This document shows positions 19,240 through 28,872 of a stretch of 64,000 bases of DNA, piece after piece. Numbering within the stretch: position 1 is the first letter of the stretch; each line of letters opens with the position of its first letter. The notes beneath the pieces were generated by a model. The model saw nothing but the letters and a program-made list of their open reading frames with translations. It did no database searches and was not told the DNA's origin. The position numbers and the translations under genes were made by a program. The stretch is taken from positions 15,765 to 79,764 of IMG/VR virus record IMGVR_UViG_3300009103_002187; one strand, given 5' to 3'. The stretch comes from a virus.

Positions 19240-19446
19240 TTACGAACCATGCCTATAGGCTTTCATTGCATCAACAGCTGCCTGACCTCCGATATAAACA
19301 ATAGCAATCATACCCCAGGTTTCTGAAGTAAGACCATCCCATATCATTAGTCCTGTTGCTGTAAGAAACACAAAAAGCTTTCTAGAGATTAATTTCTCCA
19401 TAAGCATGTCAAGTTTGCTTTGCTTAACTTGTAGATCTTCAGACAT
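19240..19446 (-). CDS. putative holin-like 2-TM protein
   Basis: 68 aa, SRKLFVFL, two hydrophobic helices. Confidence 0.55.
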   Translation of the reverse strand: MSEDLQVKQSKLDMLMEKLISRKLFVFLTATGLMIWDGLTSETWGMIAIVYIGGQAAVDAMKAYRHGS

Positions 19447-19448
19447 GC

Positions 19449-19721
19449 TTACTCGCTAGACTCATCTGATTCAGTCGTTCCGGTCGTCTCTGTTGTCTCA
19501 GTCGTTCCAGTCGTCTCTGTTGTCTCAGTTGTCTCAGTTGAGGCTTCTTCAGTTGCGGCTTCCTCAGAGGCTTCCTCAGAGCTTTCCTCAACATCATCAC
19601 CAAGTCCGGGCAAAGCCGGTACAAATGTGCATTGACCATAGGCCGTTGCAACAACTAGGGCACCGGCGACGAAGCTAATCTGCACCTTCCACCGAACCCA
19701 TAGTTCCTTTAATTTACTCAT
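19449..19721 (-). CDS. small membrane protein with acidic Thr/Glu repeats
   Basis: N-terminal TM, TET/TGT repeats, AGGAG RBS. Confidence 0.65.
   Translation of the reverse strand: MSKLKELWVRWKVQISFVAGALVVATAYGQCTFVPALPGLGDDVEESSEEASEEAATEEASTETTETTETTGTTETTETTGTTESDESSE
19471..19540. repeat. 9-bp-unit tandem repeat containing a near-perfect 27-bp duplication
   Basis: tcagtcgttcc(g/a)gtcgtctctgttgtc at 19471 and 19498. Confidence 0.85.
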
Positions 19722-19731
19722 CTTTCTTCTC

Positions 19732-20043
19732 CTAATTAATTAAATCATCGTCATCATCATTTACAAAAGGCATTATTAAACCTTTAGATGACCCTACTGT
19801 ACTTGACTCAGATGATATGTCATACAGTGAGCTTAAAAAGCTAGCATATTCATACGCCATCTCAAATTGCACCTGGGCTAGATTATTAATCATCAGACGA
19901 TTTTGTTTAATTACATCAGTCAGTTCAACAACTTTTTCACTCATCTCAGCAAGACTCTTAGACAAAAGTTGTATTTGCCGTTGCTGCTCAGAATAAGTAG
20001 GATTGCTTCCGCTTCTTCCCAATAACATGTTAATTATGTTCAC
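19732..20043 (-). CDS. hypothetical coiled-coil protein
   Basis: GTG at 20043 avoids a 107-nt overlap with the upstream gene; start uncertain. Confidence 0.55.
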   Translation of the reverse strand: MNIINMLLGRSGSNPTYSEQQRQIQLLSKSLAEMSEKVVELTDVIKQNRLMINNLAQVQFEMAYEYASFLSSLYDISSESSTVGSSKGLIMPFVNDDDDDLIN

Positions 20044-20059
20044 AATTCTTTTTCCTACG

Positions 20060-20347
20060 TTAAGAAGAGAAAGGACTCTCCTCTTCAAGTATATTAAACA
20101 GTTTTTCAGCATCTGTTTCAGATAAGCTAGCCTTTGTCTTATTTCGCTTTTTTTCGATAAGCTCATCTAACATATCCAATAAACTTGAATCTTCCAATCC
20201 AACCCTTAGTGCAAGCTCCTCAAATGTCTCTTGCATTGACAAGCCCCGCTTAAATAATACAGTTCTAAAAGCGGAATGTGTTTCCTTGTTTAGGTTGATA
20301 TGAACACTCTTCTTCTGAACAAAATCAGAATAAGACTTATCAGACAC
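20060..20347 (-). CDS. putative ribbon-helix-helix DNA-binding protein
   Basis: KKSVHINL beta strand followed by two helices (GLSMQE). Confidence 0.5.
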   Translation of the reverse strand: MSDKSYSDFVQKKSVHINLNKETHSAFRTVLFKRGLSMQETFEELALRVGLEDSSLLDMLDELIEKKRNKTKASLSETDAEKLFNILEEESPFSS

Positions 20348-21051
20348 TACGCACCGCCGCCGGCAGGGCCGGCGCCAGCGGCAAGAGGTGTGGCCCCTGG
20401 ATCAGGATCATGATCAATTTGCTCGGTGCCGTAATCAAGACGAAGCTTCTCCTCGAACTCATCAGAAACTTCAAGTCCGTACTTGTTAGTCAGAAACTCT
20501 GTCGTCCTTTGAATGATTACTGAGGGTATATCCAGAAGATTATCATAATTTGTGATCAGGTTGTTGACGTTCTCAGTAAAGCTTGAGATGTTAAGGGGCG
20601 CTCTCACACCGCCCACATCTACATCAGCTTCAGCAGGTTCATCTCGCCCAGAGTTATCAACGGTCTTGCTCACCTCAAATCCGGCACCAGAAATCTGTCC
20701 CACCATCTTTTGAAGCTCAGCCTCGGGATCATCTTCAACAGCCTCCTCACCTTCCTCATCCCCCTCAGCCTCAGGATCATCCTCGACGGGATCCTCTTCA
20801 CCCTCAGCGTCTTCTTTTTCCTCATCCTCAGGCGCCTCAAAGAGAAAATTCATCACCTTCTGAAGCTTGAATGATTCACCGGTAATTCCTGCTTTCTCAT
20901 AGTCAATCTGCTCAATGGACCCTTCTTCGTAGGACGTTAACAACGCATCGATCTGATCATCAAGTGAGGTGGAGGATCGATTGGCACCTTCAGAGAGCAC
21001 ACGCATCTCTTCATTAATCAAGCCTCTAAGAGTATGTCTGGAGAGCTTCAT
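20347..21051 (-). CDS. acidic tag-bearing (putative head) protein
   Basis: MKLSRHTLRGLINEEMRVLSE. Confidence 0.7.
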   Translation of the reverse strand: MKLSRHTLRGLINEEMRVLSEGANRSSTSLDDQIDALLTSYEEGSIEQIDYEKAGITGESFKLQKVMNFLFEAPEDEEKEDAEGEEDPVEDDPEAEGDEEGEEAVEDDPEAELQKMVGQISGAGFEVSKTVDNSGRDEPAEADVDVGGVRAPLNISSFTENVNNLITNYDNLLDIPSVIIQRTTEFLTNKYGLEVSDEFEEKLRLDYGTEQIDHDPDPGATPLAAGAGPAGGGA

Positions 21052-21055
21052 GGTC

Positions 21056-21436
21056 TTATCCTTGTTTCTGAGTTCCAGCTTTCATTTTTAAATAAACTTG
21101 TTTCATGGCATTATCAACATCTTCTGGCTTGCGCTGGGCAAGATTTTTTGCATCAAATAGAGCTAAAATCTCTTCAATCATCTTTCGAAATACTGGAAAC
21201 TCTGAAGAAAGTAGGCCTTTAGAAGCAACAATCTGATCTTTGGCCCACATCCCAACTTCCATTCGTGCTGCCATCTTCTCCTTATCTTCCCCTTGACCGG
21301 CTTCTGCAGGTGCTTCAATTCCCTCTGTGGATCCACCGCCTTCAACGTCAGACCCAATGTCTTCTTCGGAGTCTTCATGCAACCTTGTCATCTCTTCTCG
21401 AATAATTCTCTTAAGCTGTCCTTTTGTAACTCTCAT
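21056..21436 (-). CDS. tag-bearing (putative head) protein
   Basis: MRVTKGQLKRIIREEMTRLHE. Confidence 0.7.
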   Translation of the reverse strand: MRVTKGQLKRIIREEMTRLHEDSEEDIGSDVEGGGSTEGIEAPAEAGQGEDKEKMAARMEVGMWAKDQIVASKGLLSSEFPVFRKMIEEILALFDAKNLAQRKPEDVDNAMKQVYLKMKAGTQKQG

Positions 21437-21446
21437 TTTTAAATTC

Positions 21447-22145
21447 CTATTTTAAAGCTTTGGCAATCTTGTCAGCTCTCTTGAAACGCTCATCAATCAC
21501 ACCCCAGTCAAGCTCTTTCATCATAGCATAAATATACGTCTTGCGGTTATTAATATAATCCCTATAATAAGAATGCTCCCAGCAATCTAAGACGATGACA
21601 GGATAAAAACCTGCAGGAAGATTGGAATTATGCAAGTCAACAATACAGTTCACATATGTCTGTAAAAATGTGCTAAACCCGGTCACCACCCAACCATTTC
21701 TTGCAGAAAGTGCACAGGCAATAAAATCCTTCTGCCATCGATCAAATGTTCCAAAGTCTCTCTCTATTCTCATAAATGCGAGAGAATCCATGTTAACCTG
21801 ACTGCGAACATCGCTGATATTAGCAAAGAAGAGCTCGTGCAAGTGAACAGCGTTGAGGTTATAAACCTCATCGATCTTAAGTGATCGATACTGGGAGTGA
21901 TTTAGGCTCGCAGCTTCGCGATCAACAGCATCAAGCTCAGCGCTAATCCGATTCAAAGTTTTAACATACTTCTCATAAAGCGTTTTGTGTGCCTTTTTAT
22001 TCTTCGCACTGAGTAGCTCAGTGGGAAGATCAAATTCCTTGATCTGTGCCACATAGGCCTCATTTAGAGTTTTTTCAGTTTCAGAATCAAGACCTAAGCT
22101 TTCTCTCACCAGGTCTCTAATATCGCCATTTTTTAAACTATCCAT
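21447..22145 (-). CDS. sod: Fe/Mn superoxide dismutase with N-terminal tag
   Basis: H...Y..YV..LN, HLHELFF, DCWEHSYY; N-terminal IRDLVRESL...LNE. Confidence 0.88.
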   Translation of the reverse strand: MDSLKNGDIRDLVRESLGLDSETEKTLNEAYVAQIKEFDLPTELLSAKNKKAHKTLYEKYVKTLNRISAELDAVDREAASLNHSQYRSLKIDEVYNLNAVHLHELFFANISDVRSQVNMDSLAFMRIERDFGTFDRWQKDFIACALSARNGWVVTGFSTFLQTYVNCIVDLHNSNLPAGFYPVIVLDCWEHSYYRDYINNRKTYIYAMMKELDWGVIDERFKRADKIAKALK

Positions 22146-22155
22146 AATTTATAAC

Positions 22156-22620
22156 CTATGTGTCAACTGTATAACGCTGGGAAAGCTCATCTTTGCTCAC
22201 CTCAAAGTCCTTCACGTCACCTGGGCTTCGATCCAGATCTTCTCGGCCAGGAATTGAAGCATCTCGGCCGGTAGCGTCTTTCTCAGGAAGATCATAACCT
22301 CGAAGAACAACCGCGTGACGCTTACTAGGATCAGCGTTTGCATCAATTTGATTTCCCTGGGCATCCAAAAAGCTCACAACTGTGTAAAGCAATTTGGAGT
22401 CATCATCATCTGACTTCTTGCTAGGGTGTTGTTTTAACTTACTCTCGATTCCCAAATCCAATATGTTTACCTCAACTGGGCCTTTTGCCTTATTGTCATC
22501 ATCCTTTGAATCATGATCATCCTCAGACTCATGATGTGCCTCAGTGAGAAATCGTCTAAGCTTTCTCTCATACTGCTCTCTCATCATATTGATGATCTCA
22601 GCTTCAGTTAAAACGGACAT
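22156..22620 (-). CDS. tag-bearing hypothetical protein
   Basis: ERKLRRFLTE; TGATG coupling with the upstream gene. Confidence 0.65.
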   Translation of the reverse strand: MSVLTEAEIINMMREQYERKLRRFLTEAHHESEDDHDSKDDDNKAKGPVEVNILDLGIESKLKQHPSKKSDDDDSKLLYTVVSFLDAQGNQIDANADPSKRHAVVLRGYDLPEKDATGRDASIPGREDLDRSPGDVKDFEVSKDELSQRYTVDT

Positions 22621-25382
22621 CAAGATTCCTCCGAGAGGCCAGCTAATAGCGACCAACGATCTAGTGTTTGATTTGTCTCAGCAATTAAATCTGCCTGATT
22701 ATTCTTGCCAATTCCCTCAGTCATCTCTTTGAACATTGCAACGACGTCAGAAAGATCCAAGTCGATAACAGCGAACTCGCCATATCTCTTGCTCTCAGCT
22801 ATGCTAGCCTTCTTAAGAACTGCCCTAATAGCTTTTCTATTTCCAGGCTTAGTCGCATTCCAAAACTCAGATGCTTTCTTTGACTTAAAGTTTTGCTGCT
22901 GAAAATATCTCTTGGGCTTTTTGCCCTTCTTCATCCAATAGTTTACCGCTCTCTGCACAAGGTATCTAGATTGATCATCATTGAGGCCAGCTTGCTGTAA
23001 TCCATCTAAGACGTTCTTACCCACAAGATAGACGATATCAATAGTGCCTGCATTACCAGCAACACGCTTGTTGGCGCCCTTGATATTCCGTCGAACATCA
23101 GGTTCGTTAGCAACAACACCTGCCTTGGTAAAACCACCGGTATGCATGTTATAAATCTTATCGCGACGCTGACGCTTAAATCGGATCTTAGTGGATTCTG
23201 GGCCATGCTCACCTGATGAGATGTTACCGAGGCTTGTCTGCAGATCATCTGAGTTAACATAGATATCATCATCCATCAAGCTCTTGAGAGACTTAACATA
23301 CGTTGCGCCGCCCTGGCCATATCTTTGTTTTAATCTCTTCGCCGACTTTGACTTGGTCTTCTCAGCGTCCTTTACATAACCTGCAAACGTGTTCTTCTTT
23401 AAAACACGATAGACGTGAGCACCCTCTTCAGCATCAAAGACGCACACCGCGATGGGCCCTTTTCCTTTCGCTGTGTCAACAATTGGAGGGTTAGGATTAA
23501 CGGGAGGCGGTGGAGGTGGATCAACTGGAGGCACTGGAGGCTCCGGTCCTGGACCTGGATCGGGACCTGGATCGGGACCTGGATCGGGACCTGGGTCTGG
23601 ACCTGGGTCTGGATCGTCGTCAATTGGGTCAACGGTGATATCTTCATCGTCACCTTGTTTCTCACCCAATAACTTTAGAGCATCCTGAACCACGCTAAGC
23701 TGTTGAGCTCTAGATTGATGTAATCCAATTCGTCGCATCACTAAGATTAGAATTCCGCCTGCAGCCAAGCCCCAACCAAACGTAGATAAAACTCCTAAAA
23801 TGGCAGCACGCATTAAAAAATCTGGACTAGATTGAATAATTGACTCACCAAAAGTTGTTCCAATAGACTCAATCTGGGGTACACGCTCGGTCATAGAAGT
23901 TGTAAGTGCGTCACCGATCAGCTCTCTGTCAAATTGAAATGCTGACCAATCACCGCCGCCGTCTGGTCCAAAATAATCAGCTACAGTCTGATTTGCATTA
24001 TCTGGATGGGCAGAGAAATCAAAGTGCTCTGCCCACTTCGCCTGAAATTCGCTATCAGAAAGGCGAGAGATATCTGCGTATTCTCCTAAGGGGATATCCA
24101 CACCGCCAGGGGCTTGGGCCAACTCAGCAAACTCGCTCATAGACATATTTTGAACTGCTTCAGGAGAGGTCTCAGATATCCTAGCAACAAATTGCGTTAG
24201 CCCCTCTCCGTCACCCCAATAATACTCAGGGCCGGGGACATTCTGTTCAATAAAACCGGTTACTTCATCGTTAAACACTGTCCACTCTTGATTAATCACA
24301 GAGTCATGATTAAGATTCATCCACTCATTCATCCAAGCTGCAAGACCATCAATAAGGCCTAGCTTGTCAGCAAGAAGACCAATCAGGGGCCCTGACATCA
24401 TAAGTAACGGAGCAAGCTTGCTCCGCATCTTTTTCATCACTGGGGATTCCTTTGATGTGGTACCAAGGTACTTAAACTTTACCCTCTCACCAGTTTTAGG
24501 GTCCTTGTAGCTATTAAGTGCATCTGCTGGCGCCTCTTCCTTTTTTTCACTTAACAAATCATCATTTAAAATCGATATGAGAGAATGAATTTCATGAATC
24601 CTCTGCTCTCTTTTCTCTCTCTCAACAGACTCCTCAACTTTGTAAACTGATGCTAGATCGTAATCTCGATATTGCGCCAGAACCCGGGTTAAAGCAACAG
24701 TCTCAGAATTGAAAATTTGTACAGCAGCAAGATTGTCTTTATCGACACTGTCCTTTCGCTCACGATAAAGTTGATATATCGACCCTAAAACCGCAGAAAA
24801 AACATAGGCATCAGCACCCGTTGTTGCAGCCCTTTGTCCTTCCTTGCCCGCCTTTTTTCTAGGGTCGGAACCTGCGGGTCCCACACCTGTGTCGGCACTT
24901 TCCCCCTCACCTCCAAGACCCTCTGATGCCTGCATGACTTTTTCATAAAAATCAGGAAGGTGAGCTTTTACATCCTTGTTTGTGATGTTTGGAAAGTTAG
25001 CAGTGAGATCATTTCCTTTAATTACAGAAAGTAACTCTTGAAAGTATGCCTCACTGTGCTCCGCCATTATCGCCTGAAATTCTTCTTGTGCCGTGTGAAT
25101 TCTTGCCTTTGATGTCAGCTTTCCCTTCCACTTCTCAAAATTTCCTAGCTTGGCAAGGGTGTCCTTTAAGGGCGCATTCATTCTCTTTATGCCCTTAACA
25201 TACATTCCTTTAAGCTTGGAGCCTAGTTCTCCAAACTTAATCTCATTTATTAACTCATCTAGCTGAGCTTCCGTAATAAGACTATCATCTTCAACTAAAC
25301 CCATTAGAGAATAATTCTTTCGTGAGTACTCTAACAAGGCGAGTTCATTAACTAAAGACATGTTTAATCGCTCCAGTGACAC
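22620..25382 (-). CDS. large putative virion/ejection protein with hydrophobic segments and Pro-rich linker
   Basis: 920 aa; hydrophobic helices, (DPGP)n linker, terminal DRWSLLAGL; ATAATTA at 25393-25399. Confidence 0.65.
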   Translation of the reverse strand: MSLERLNMSLVNELALLEYSRKNYSLMGLVEDDSLITEAQLDELINEIKFGELGSKLKGMYVKGIKRMNAPLKDTLAKLGNFEKWKGKLTSKARIHTAQEEFQAIMAEHSEAYFQELLSVIKGNDLTANFPNITNKDVKAHLPDFYEKVMQASEGLGGEGESADTGVGPAGSDPRKKAGKEGQRAATTGADAYVFSAVLGSIYQLYRERKDSVDKDNLAAVQIFNSETVALTRVLAQYRDYDLASVYKVEESVEREKREQRIHEIHSLISILNDDLLSEKKEEAPADALNSYKDPKTGERVKFKYLGTTSKESPVMKKMRSKLAPLLMMSGPLIGLLADKLGLIDGLAAWMNEWMNLNHDSVINQEWTVFNDEVTGFIEQNVPGPEYYWGDGEGLTQFVARISETSPEAVQNMSMSEFAELAQAPGGVDIPLGEYADISRLSDSEFQAKWAEHFDFSAHPDNANQTVADYFGPDGGGDWSAFQFDRELIGDALTTSMTERVPQIESIGTTFGESIIQSSPDFLMRAAILGVLSTFGWGLAAGGILILVMRRIGLHQSRAQQLSVVQDALKLLGEKQGDDEDITVDPIDDDPDPGPDPGPDPGPDPGPDPGPGPEPPVPPVDPPPPPPVNPNPPIVDTAKGKGPIAVCVFDAEEGAHVYRVLKKNTFAGYVKDAEKTKSKSAKRLKQRYGQGGATYVKSLKSLMDDDIYVNSDDLQTSLGNISSGEHGPESTKIRFKRQRRDKIYNMHTGGFTKAGVVANEPDVRRNIKGANKRVAGNAGTIDIVYLVGKNVLDGLQQAGLNDDQSRYLVQRAVNYWMKKGKKPKRYFQQQNFKSKKASEFWNATKPGNRKAIRAVLKKASIAESKRYGEFAVIDLDLSDVVAMFKEMTEGIGKNNQADLIAETNQTLDRWSLLAGLSEES
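23551..23610. repeat. 12-bp tandem repeat x5 encoding DPGP
   Basis: ggacctggatcg x3 followed by ggacctgggtct x2. Confidence 0.9.
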
Positions 25383-25490
25383 AATCTAGTTATAATTATG
25401 CAGCAAAAGATTAATTTATGGCTTTGATGATATAAGACAGACACTTATTCTTTACAGACAAATCAAGATAATTCTAGCACTTCTATACTG

Positions 25491-25895
25491 CTAAAGTTTA
25501 ATTATTTCAATGCCCGCTTCAGTTAAAATCTCAAGGCTTGATTGATCACGATATTTCTCACCATAAACCACTCGGTCGATTCCAGAGTTAACAATCGCCT
25601 TCGCGCACATCCTGCAAGGTGACAGGGTAACATATAACGTCTTCTTCTTTGGATTGTTGTAATCCATTTTCAGCAAAGCATTTATCTCGGCATGCAGCAT
25701 GCCTGACTCACCGGGCGTCTCTGATTCAACCTCATTTGGGCCACCCTTATAGTTACCGTTGTAACCCACGGCCAGAACCTGGGTATTATCTTCAGTCACA
25801 ACAACAGCACCCACCTGATGTCTGGGATCATATGATCGCCTTGCGATAACCTGTGCACAATTCATCCAGACGTTATTCCAGTCAGGCCTGCTCAT
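25491..25895 (-). CDS. dCMP deaminase
   Basis: VGAV, GYNG, HAE, SPCRMC. Confidence 0.9.
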   Translation of the reverse strand: MSRPDWNNVWMNCAQVIARRSYDPRHQVGAVVVTEDNTQVLAVGYNGNYKGGPNEVESETPGESGMLHAEINALLKMDYNNPKKKTLYVTLSPCRMCAKAIVNSGIDRVVYGEKYRDQSSLEILTEAGIEIIKL

Positions 25896-26808
25896 CTTCC
25901 TTCTTTTCCTTTACAACCTTTGTAGATTTCGAGGTCTTTGCCTTGGTGCTTCTTCTTTTTCTTGTCTTAGGCTTATCAAATAAATCCTCGACATGCTTAT
26001 TCTTTGGAAGCTGGAATCCTGCAGCTTTTTTATGTCCACCCCCGCCAAATCTCTTAGCAATTTCCGACACGTCAACTGTCTCATGAAAGGCCCGAAGGCT
26101 CACCTTTGTCAACTTGTCATCGTGATCCCAATACCAAATCATTGCAAAGTCACAGTCCGGGGCAAGACGAGCTCCGATCTCCGACATCCAGTGGGAGGCA
26201 TTTACAACCATCACATCCATACCGTCAAATTTTCTAAGGGTAGCCTTTTCACAAACTTTCTTTACCACCGTTTTTGAATAAGCAAGAATAAACGAACCTC
26301 GTTTTCTAGCATCGTCAAATACAGAGTCATCTTCAAACTTTTCAAATTCTTCAAATTCAAATGGCACCATATCAAATGCTGCACTAAATTCTTTCGAATA
26401 CTCTAGCTCCCATGTCCAAAGATCACGATCTTGAATGTATCGAATAAATTTAGGCGGCTCTTTCCCAGGATGAAAAAACTCCCAGGAAAGTATTGCTCCG
26501 CTCTTAGTCATATCAAAATGAGTATTTGAAATATCGTGAAGCTCTACCATTGCTGACTTGTGATGATCGATAATCAATAATGCGTCAGCATCCTCAATCA
26601 TCTGCTTAGTTGTTGCATTATCAAATGAAAAATCGAGAATTACAACATTCTTTCCAGATACATCAGGTGGAGGCGTGCCGTGTTTGCAGGCATGATACTC
26701 AGCACGATTTCCAAGCAGCTTCCAAGCAGCATAAGCAGCACCAAAGCCATCGGTACAATCTGCATGATATATCACGCAATTCACGCTTGTTGGTTCAACC
26801 AGAGCCAT
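25882..26808 (-). CDS. DHH/DHHA1 phosphoesterase
   Basis: YHADCTDG, IDHH, SLR, GGGGHKKAAGF. Confidence 0.9.
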   Translation of the reverse strand: MALVEPTSVNCVIYHADCTDGFGAAYAAWKLLGNRAEYHACKHGTPPPDVSGKNVVILDFSFDNATTKQMIEDADALLIIDHHKSAMVELHDISNTHFDMTKSGAILSWEFFHPGKEPPKFIRYIQDRDLWTWELEYSKEFSAAFDMVPFEFEEFEKFEDDSVFDDARKRGSFILAYSKTVVKKVCEKATLRKFDGMDVMVVNASHWMSEIGARLAPDCDFAMIWYWDHDDKLTKVSLRAFHETVDVSEIAKRFGGGGHKKAAGFQLPKNKHVEDLFDKPKTRKRRSTKAKTSKSTKVVKEKKEDEQA

Positions 26809-27385
26809 GGTGGTTCCTTTGATTCATAAAGTCATGATGCTCCCAACACCGGGGTTCATAAAGCTCAGCTCCCCCTACGGTGATCTCATTCATGTCTTCA
26901 AATTTTCTATATGTGTAATATGCATCTCTGCCAGTGATAGGGCAGACAGCGGGACAAACTTCTATTTTAGTTGCCCAAGGCATCATGTCTTTGATCTCAT
27001 CAAAGACATTACCAGTAGCTGAAAGCTGCAAGGAAGATACCACAACAGTCTTTCCAGACCGAAAAATATCTAGCAATGCAGGCGCAGAACCCTTAATCAT
27101 AAAGGCTTCATCAACTGCCACAACATCAAAATCTTCTTTTCTATCGCTAACGTTCTCTATAATTTCATCTCCTGATCGTACGCACACAGCAGAAAGACTG
27201 CCTCCCGAATGTGTGCTGATATCAGTGTGAGAATATCTATCGTCCATCAATGGTTTGAAAGCAATTACCCGCTTATTCTGATAGCGATAACGATCTACAG
27301 CTGCGAGCAGCCTCGTCGTCTTAGATCCGAACATTGGTCCGGTAAAAATGATAAACTCAGGATCATTGTTAACCCCGTTCTTCAT
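26795..27385 (-). CDS. tdk: thymidine kinase
   Basis: GPMFGSKTT, VDEA, VGGAELYEPRC; start uncertain. Confidence 0.9.
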   Translation of the reverse strand: MKNGVNNDPEFIIFTGPMFGSKTTRLLAAVDRYRYQNKRVIAFKPLMDDRYSHTDISTHSGGSLSAVCVRSGDEIIENVSDRKEDFDVVAVDEAFMIKGSAPALLDIFRSGKTVVVSSLQLSATGNVFDEIKDMMPWATKIEVCPAVCPITGRDAYYTYRKFEDMNEITVGGAELYEPRCWEHHDFMNQRNHHGSG

Positions 27386-27830
27386 CTGACGCATCAGAAT
27401 TTTTCTCCTTCTCATCAGCGGTGAGGTGTCGATCATAATCATCATCTAACCGAACAGGAGAAAGAGAAGGCTTATCTCCTATCTCGATTATTTCGCAGTC
27501 TTCTAGCGCTTCAATTCGATATGGGCAACCTGACTGGACATTTAAAACGTCCCCTGGATTAAAAATTCCAATCCTATACGGATACCGTTCTGGATTTTTT
27601 ACTGTTCTTTCATCGCCAAACATCACCTTTGCCTTTCCCACTCGAAAGAATAGTGCCTCATTTTTAAGCGGGTGATACTTTAAGCTAGTTCGGTAGCCCT
27701 TTTTTAGAAAAAGTGTCTTTCCTGTCACCCCTCCAAAACTTGACCATTGAATCTCCGAGCCCCACGGCTTGTCAGACTTTGCAGACCCAGACCGCCAGGC
27801 GGTTTTTGCTTCTTTTAATGCCATTAACAT
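27369..27830 (-). CDS. cupin (mannose-6-phosphate isomerase C-terminal-like)
   Basis: KPWGSE, SLKYH..KNE, VRLDDDY. Confidence 0.75.
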   Translation of the reverse strand: MLMALKEAKTAWRSGSAKSDKPWGSEIQWSSFGGVTGKTLFLKKGYRTSLKYHPLKNEALFFRVGKAKVMFGDERTVKNPERYPYRIGIFNPGDVLNVQSGCPYRIEALEDCEIIEIGDKPSLSPVRLDDDYDRHLTADEKEKNSDASDEERG

Positions 27831-27838
27831 GCGTCCTC

Positions 27839-28867
27839 CTACGATTTTGCTAGAATATGAGGCGTTCCCTCATAAAGACCAGAAAAGGTCTGAACGCCCC
27901 ACTGAGACTTAATAGAAATTTCAGATAATTGTTTCGCTCCACAATATGACATACCACTCTGAATGCCCTTCTTCAAATTAATAATTATCTGATTAACGGG
28001 CCCTTTACTCTTTACATAAGTTCCTACTCCCTCATCTGTAGGAAGATTCGTTCTAGTGCTCCCGTACCGGGAACGCATTGCTTCTTGTGAAGCCATTCCT
28101 CGAAATTCTTTCATGACACCATCTTTGGTGGAAACCATCTTTCCGGGTGTCTCAATAGATCCTGCCAACAAGGAACCAATCATCACAAGATCAGATCCGG
28201 CTGCAAAAGCTTTTACAGCGTCACCAGAACCTCTAATGCCACCATCAGCGATAACCTTCACACCTTGAATATCAGCTTGAGCGCAACACTCAAGCAAGCA
28301 TGAAAACATAGGAACCCCGTGTCCAGTAACAACACGCGTCTTACAGCAAGATCCCGCACCAATGCCAACTTTTACACAATCTGCGCCCCATGAAGCAAGA
28401 TCATTAACAGCATCAGGTGTTGCAACATTACCAGCAACAATATAAATCTTAGACTTAAAATACTTTCTCAAGTCGCGCAACGCAGTGCGCATCATTTCAG
28501 AATGGCCATGTGCAATATCAATAATAAAATGACGTGCGCCTGCTGAATAAAGTGTTCGGGCCCTGTCAATGCTGTCACCATTGACCCCTATGGATACAAA
28601 ACAATTAGCATTTGAATCTGTAATCTTTTCATACATCTTCAAATTTTCATCTATCGTTGAAAATCTATGCAAAGCTCCAACTGCACCCAGTCCCCACATC
28701 TCAGTAGCCATCGCTGGGCCAGTAATTGTATCCATATTTGCAGAAATAACAGGAATCTTTAACGAAAAATCTCCAATTTCTACCGAGGTACTTAAATCAC
28801 TACGAGAAAAACAGTCAGTAAACTTCGGAATAAGAAAAATATCATCGAATGAATAATATGACTTCAT
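27839..28867 (-). CDS. IMP dehydrogenase / GMP reductase (no CBS domains)
   Basis: [36 protein letters not shown]. Confidence 0.9.
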   Translation of the reverse strand: MKSYYSFDDIFLIPKFTDCFSRSDLSTSVEIGDFSLKIPVISANMDTITGPAMATEMWGLGAVGALHRFSTIDENLKMYEKITDSNANCFVSIGVNGDSIDRARTLYSAGARHFIIDIAHGHSEMMRTALRDLRKYFKSKIYIVAGNVATPDAVNDLASWGADCVKVGIGAGSCCKTRVVTGHGVPMFSCLLECCAQADIQGVKVIADGGIRGSGDAVKAFAAGSDLVMIGSLLAGSIETPGKMVSTKDGVMKEFRGMASQEAMRSRYGSTRTNLPTDEGVGTYVKSKGPVNQIIINLKKGIQSGMSYCGAKQLSEISIKSQWGVQTFSGLYEGTPHILAKS

Positions 28868-28872
28868 AGCTT

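Noticed and set aside
23452-23688. Gly/Ser/Pro-repeat + strand ORF resembling a collagen-like protein
   Set aside because: It is the antisense reading of the DPGP repeat in the 920-aa gene
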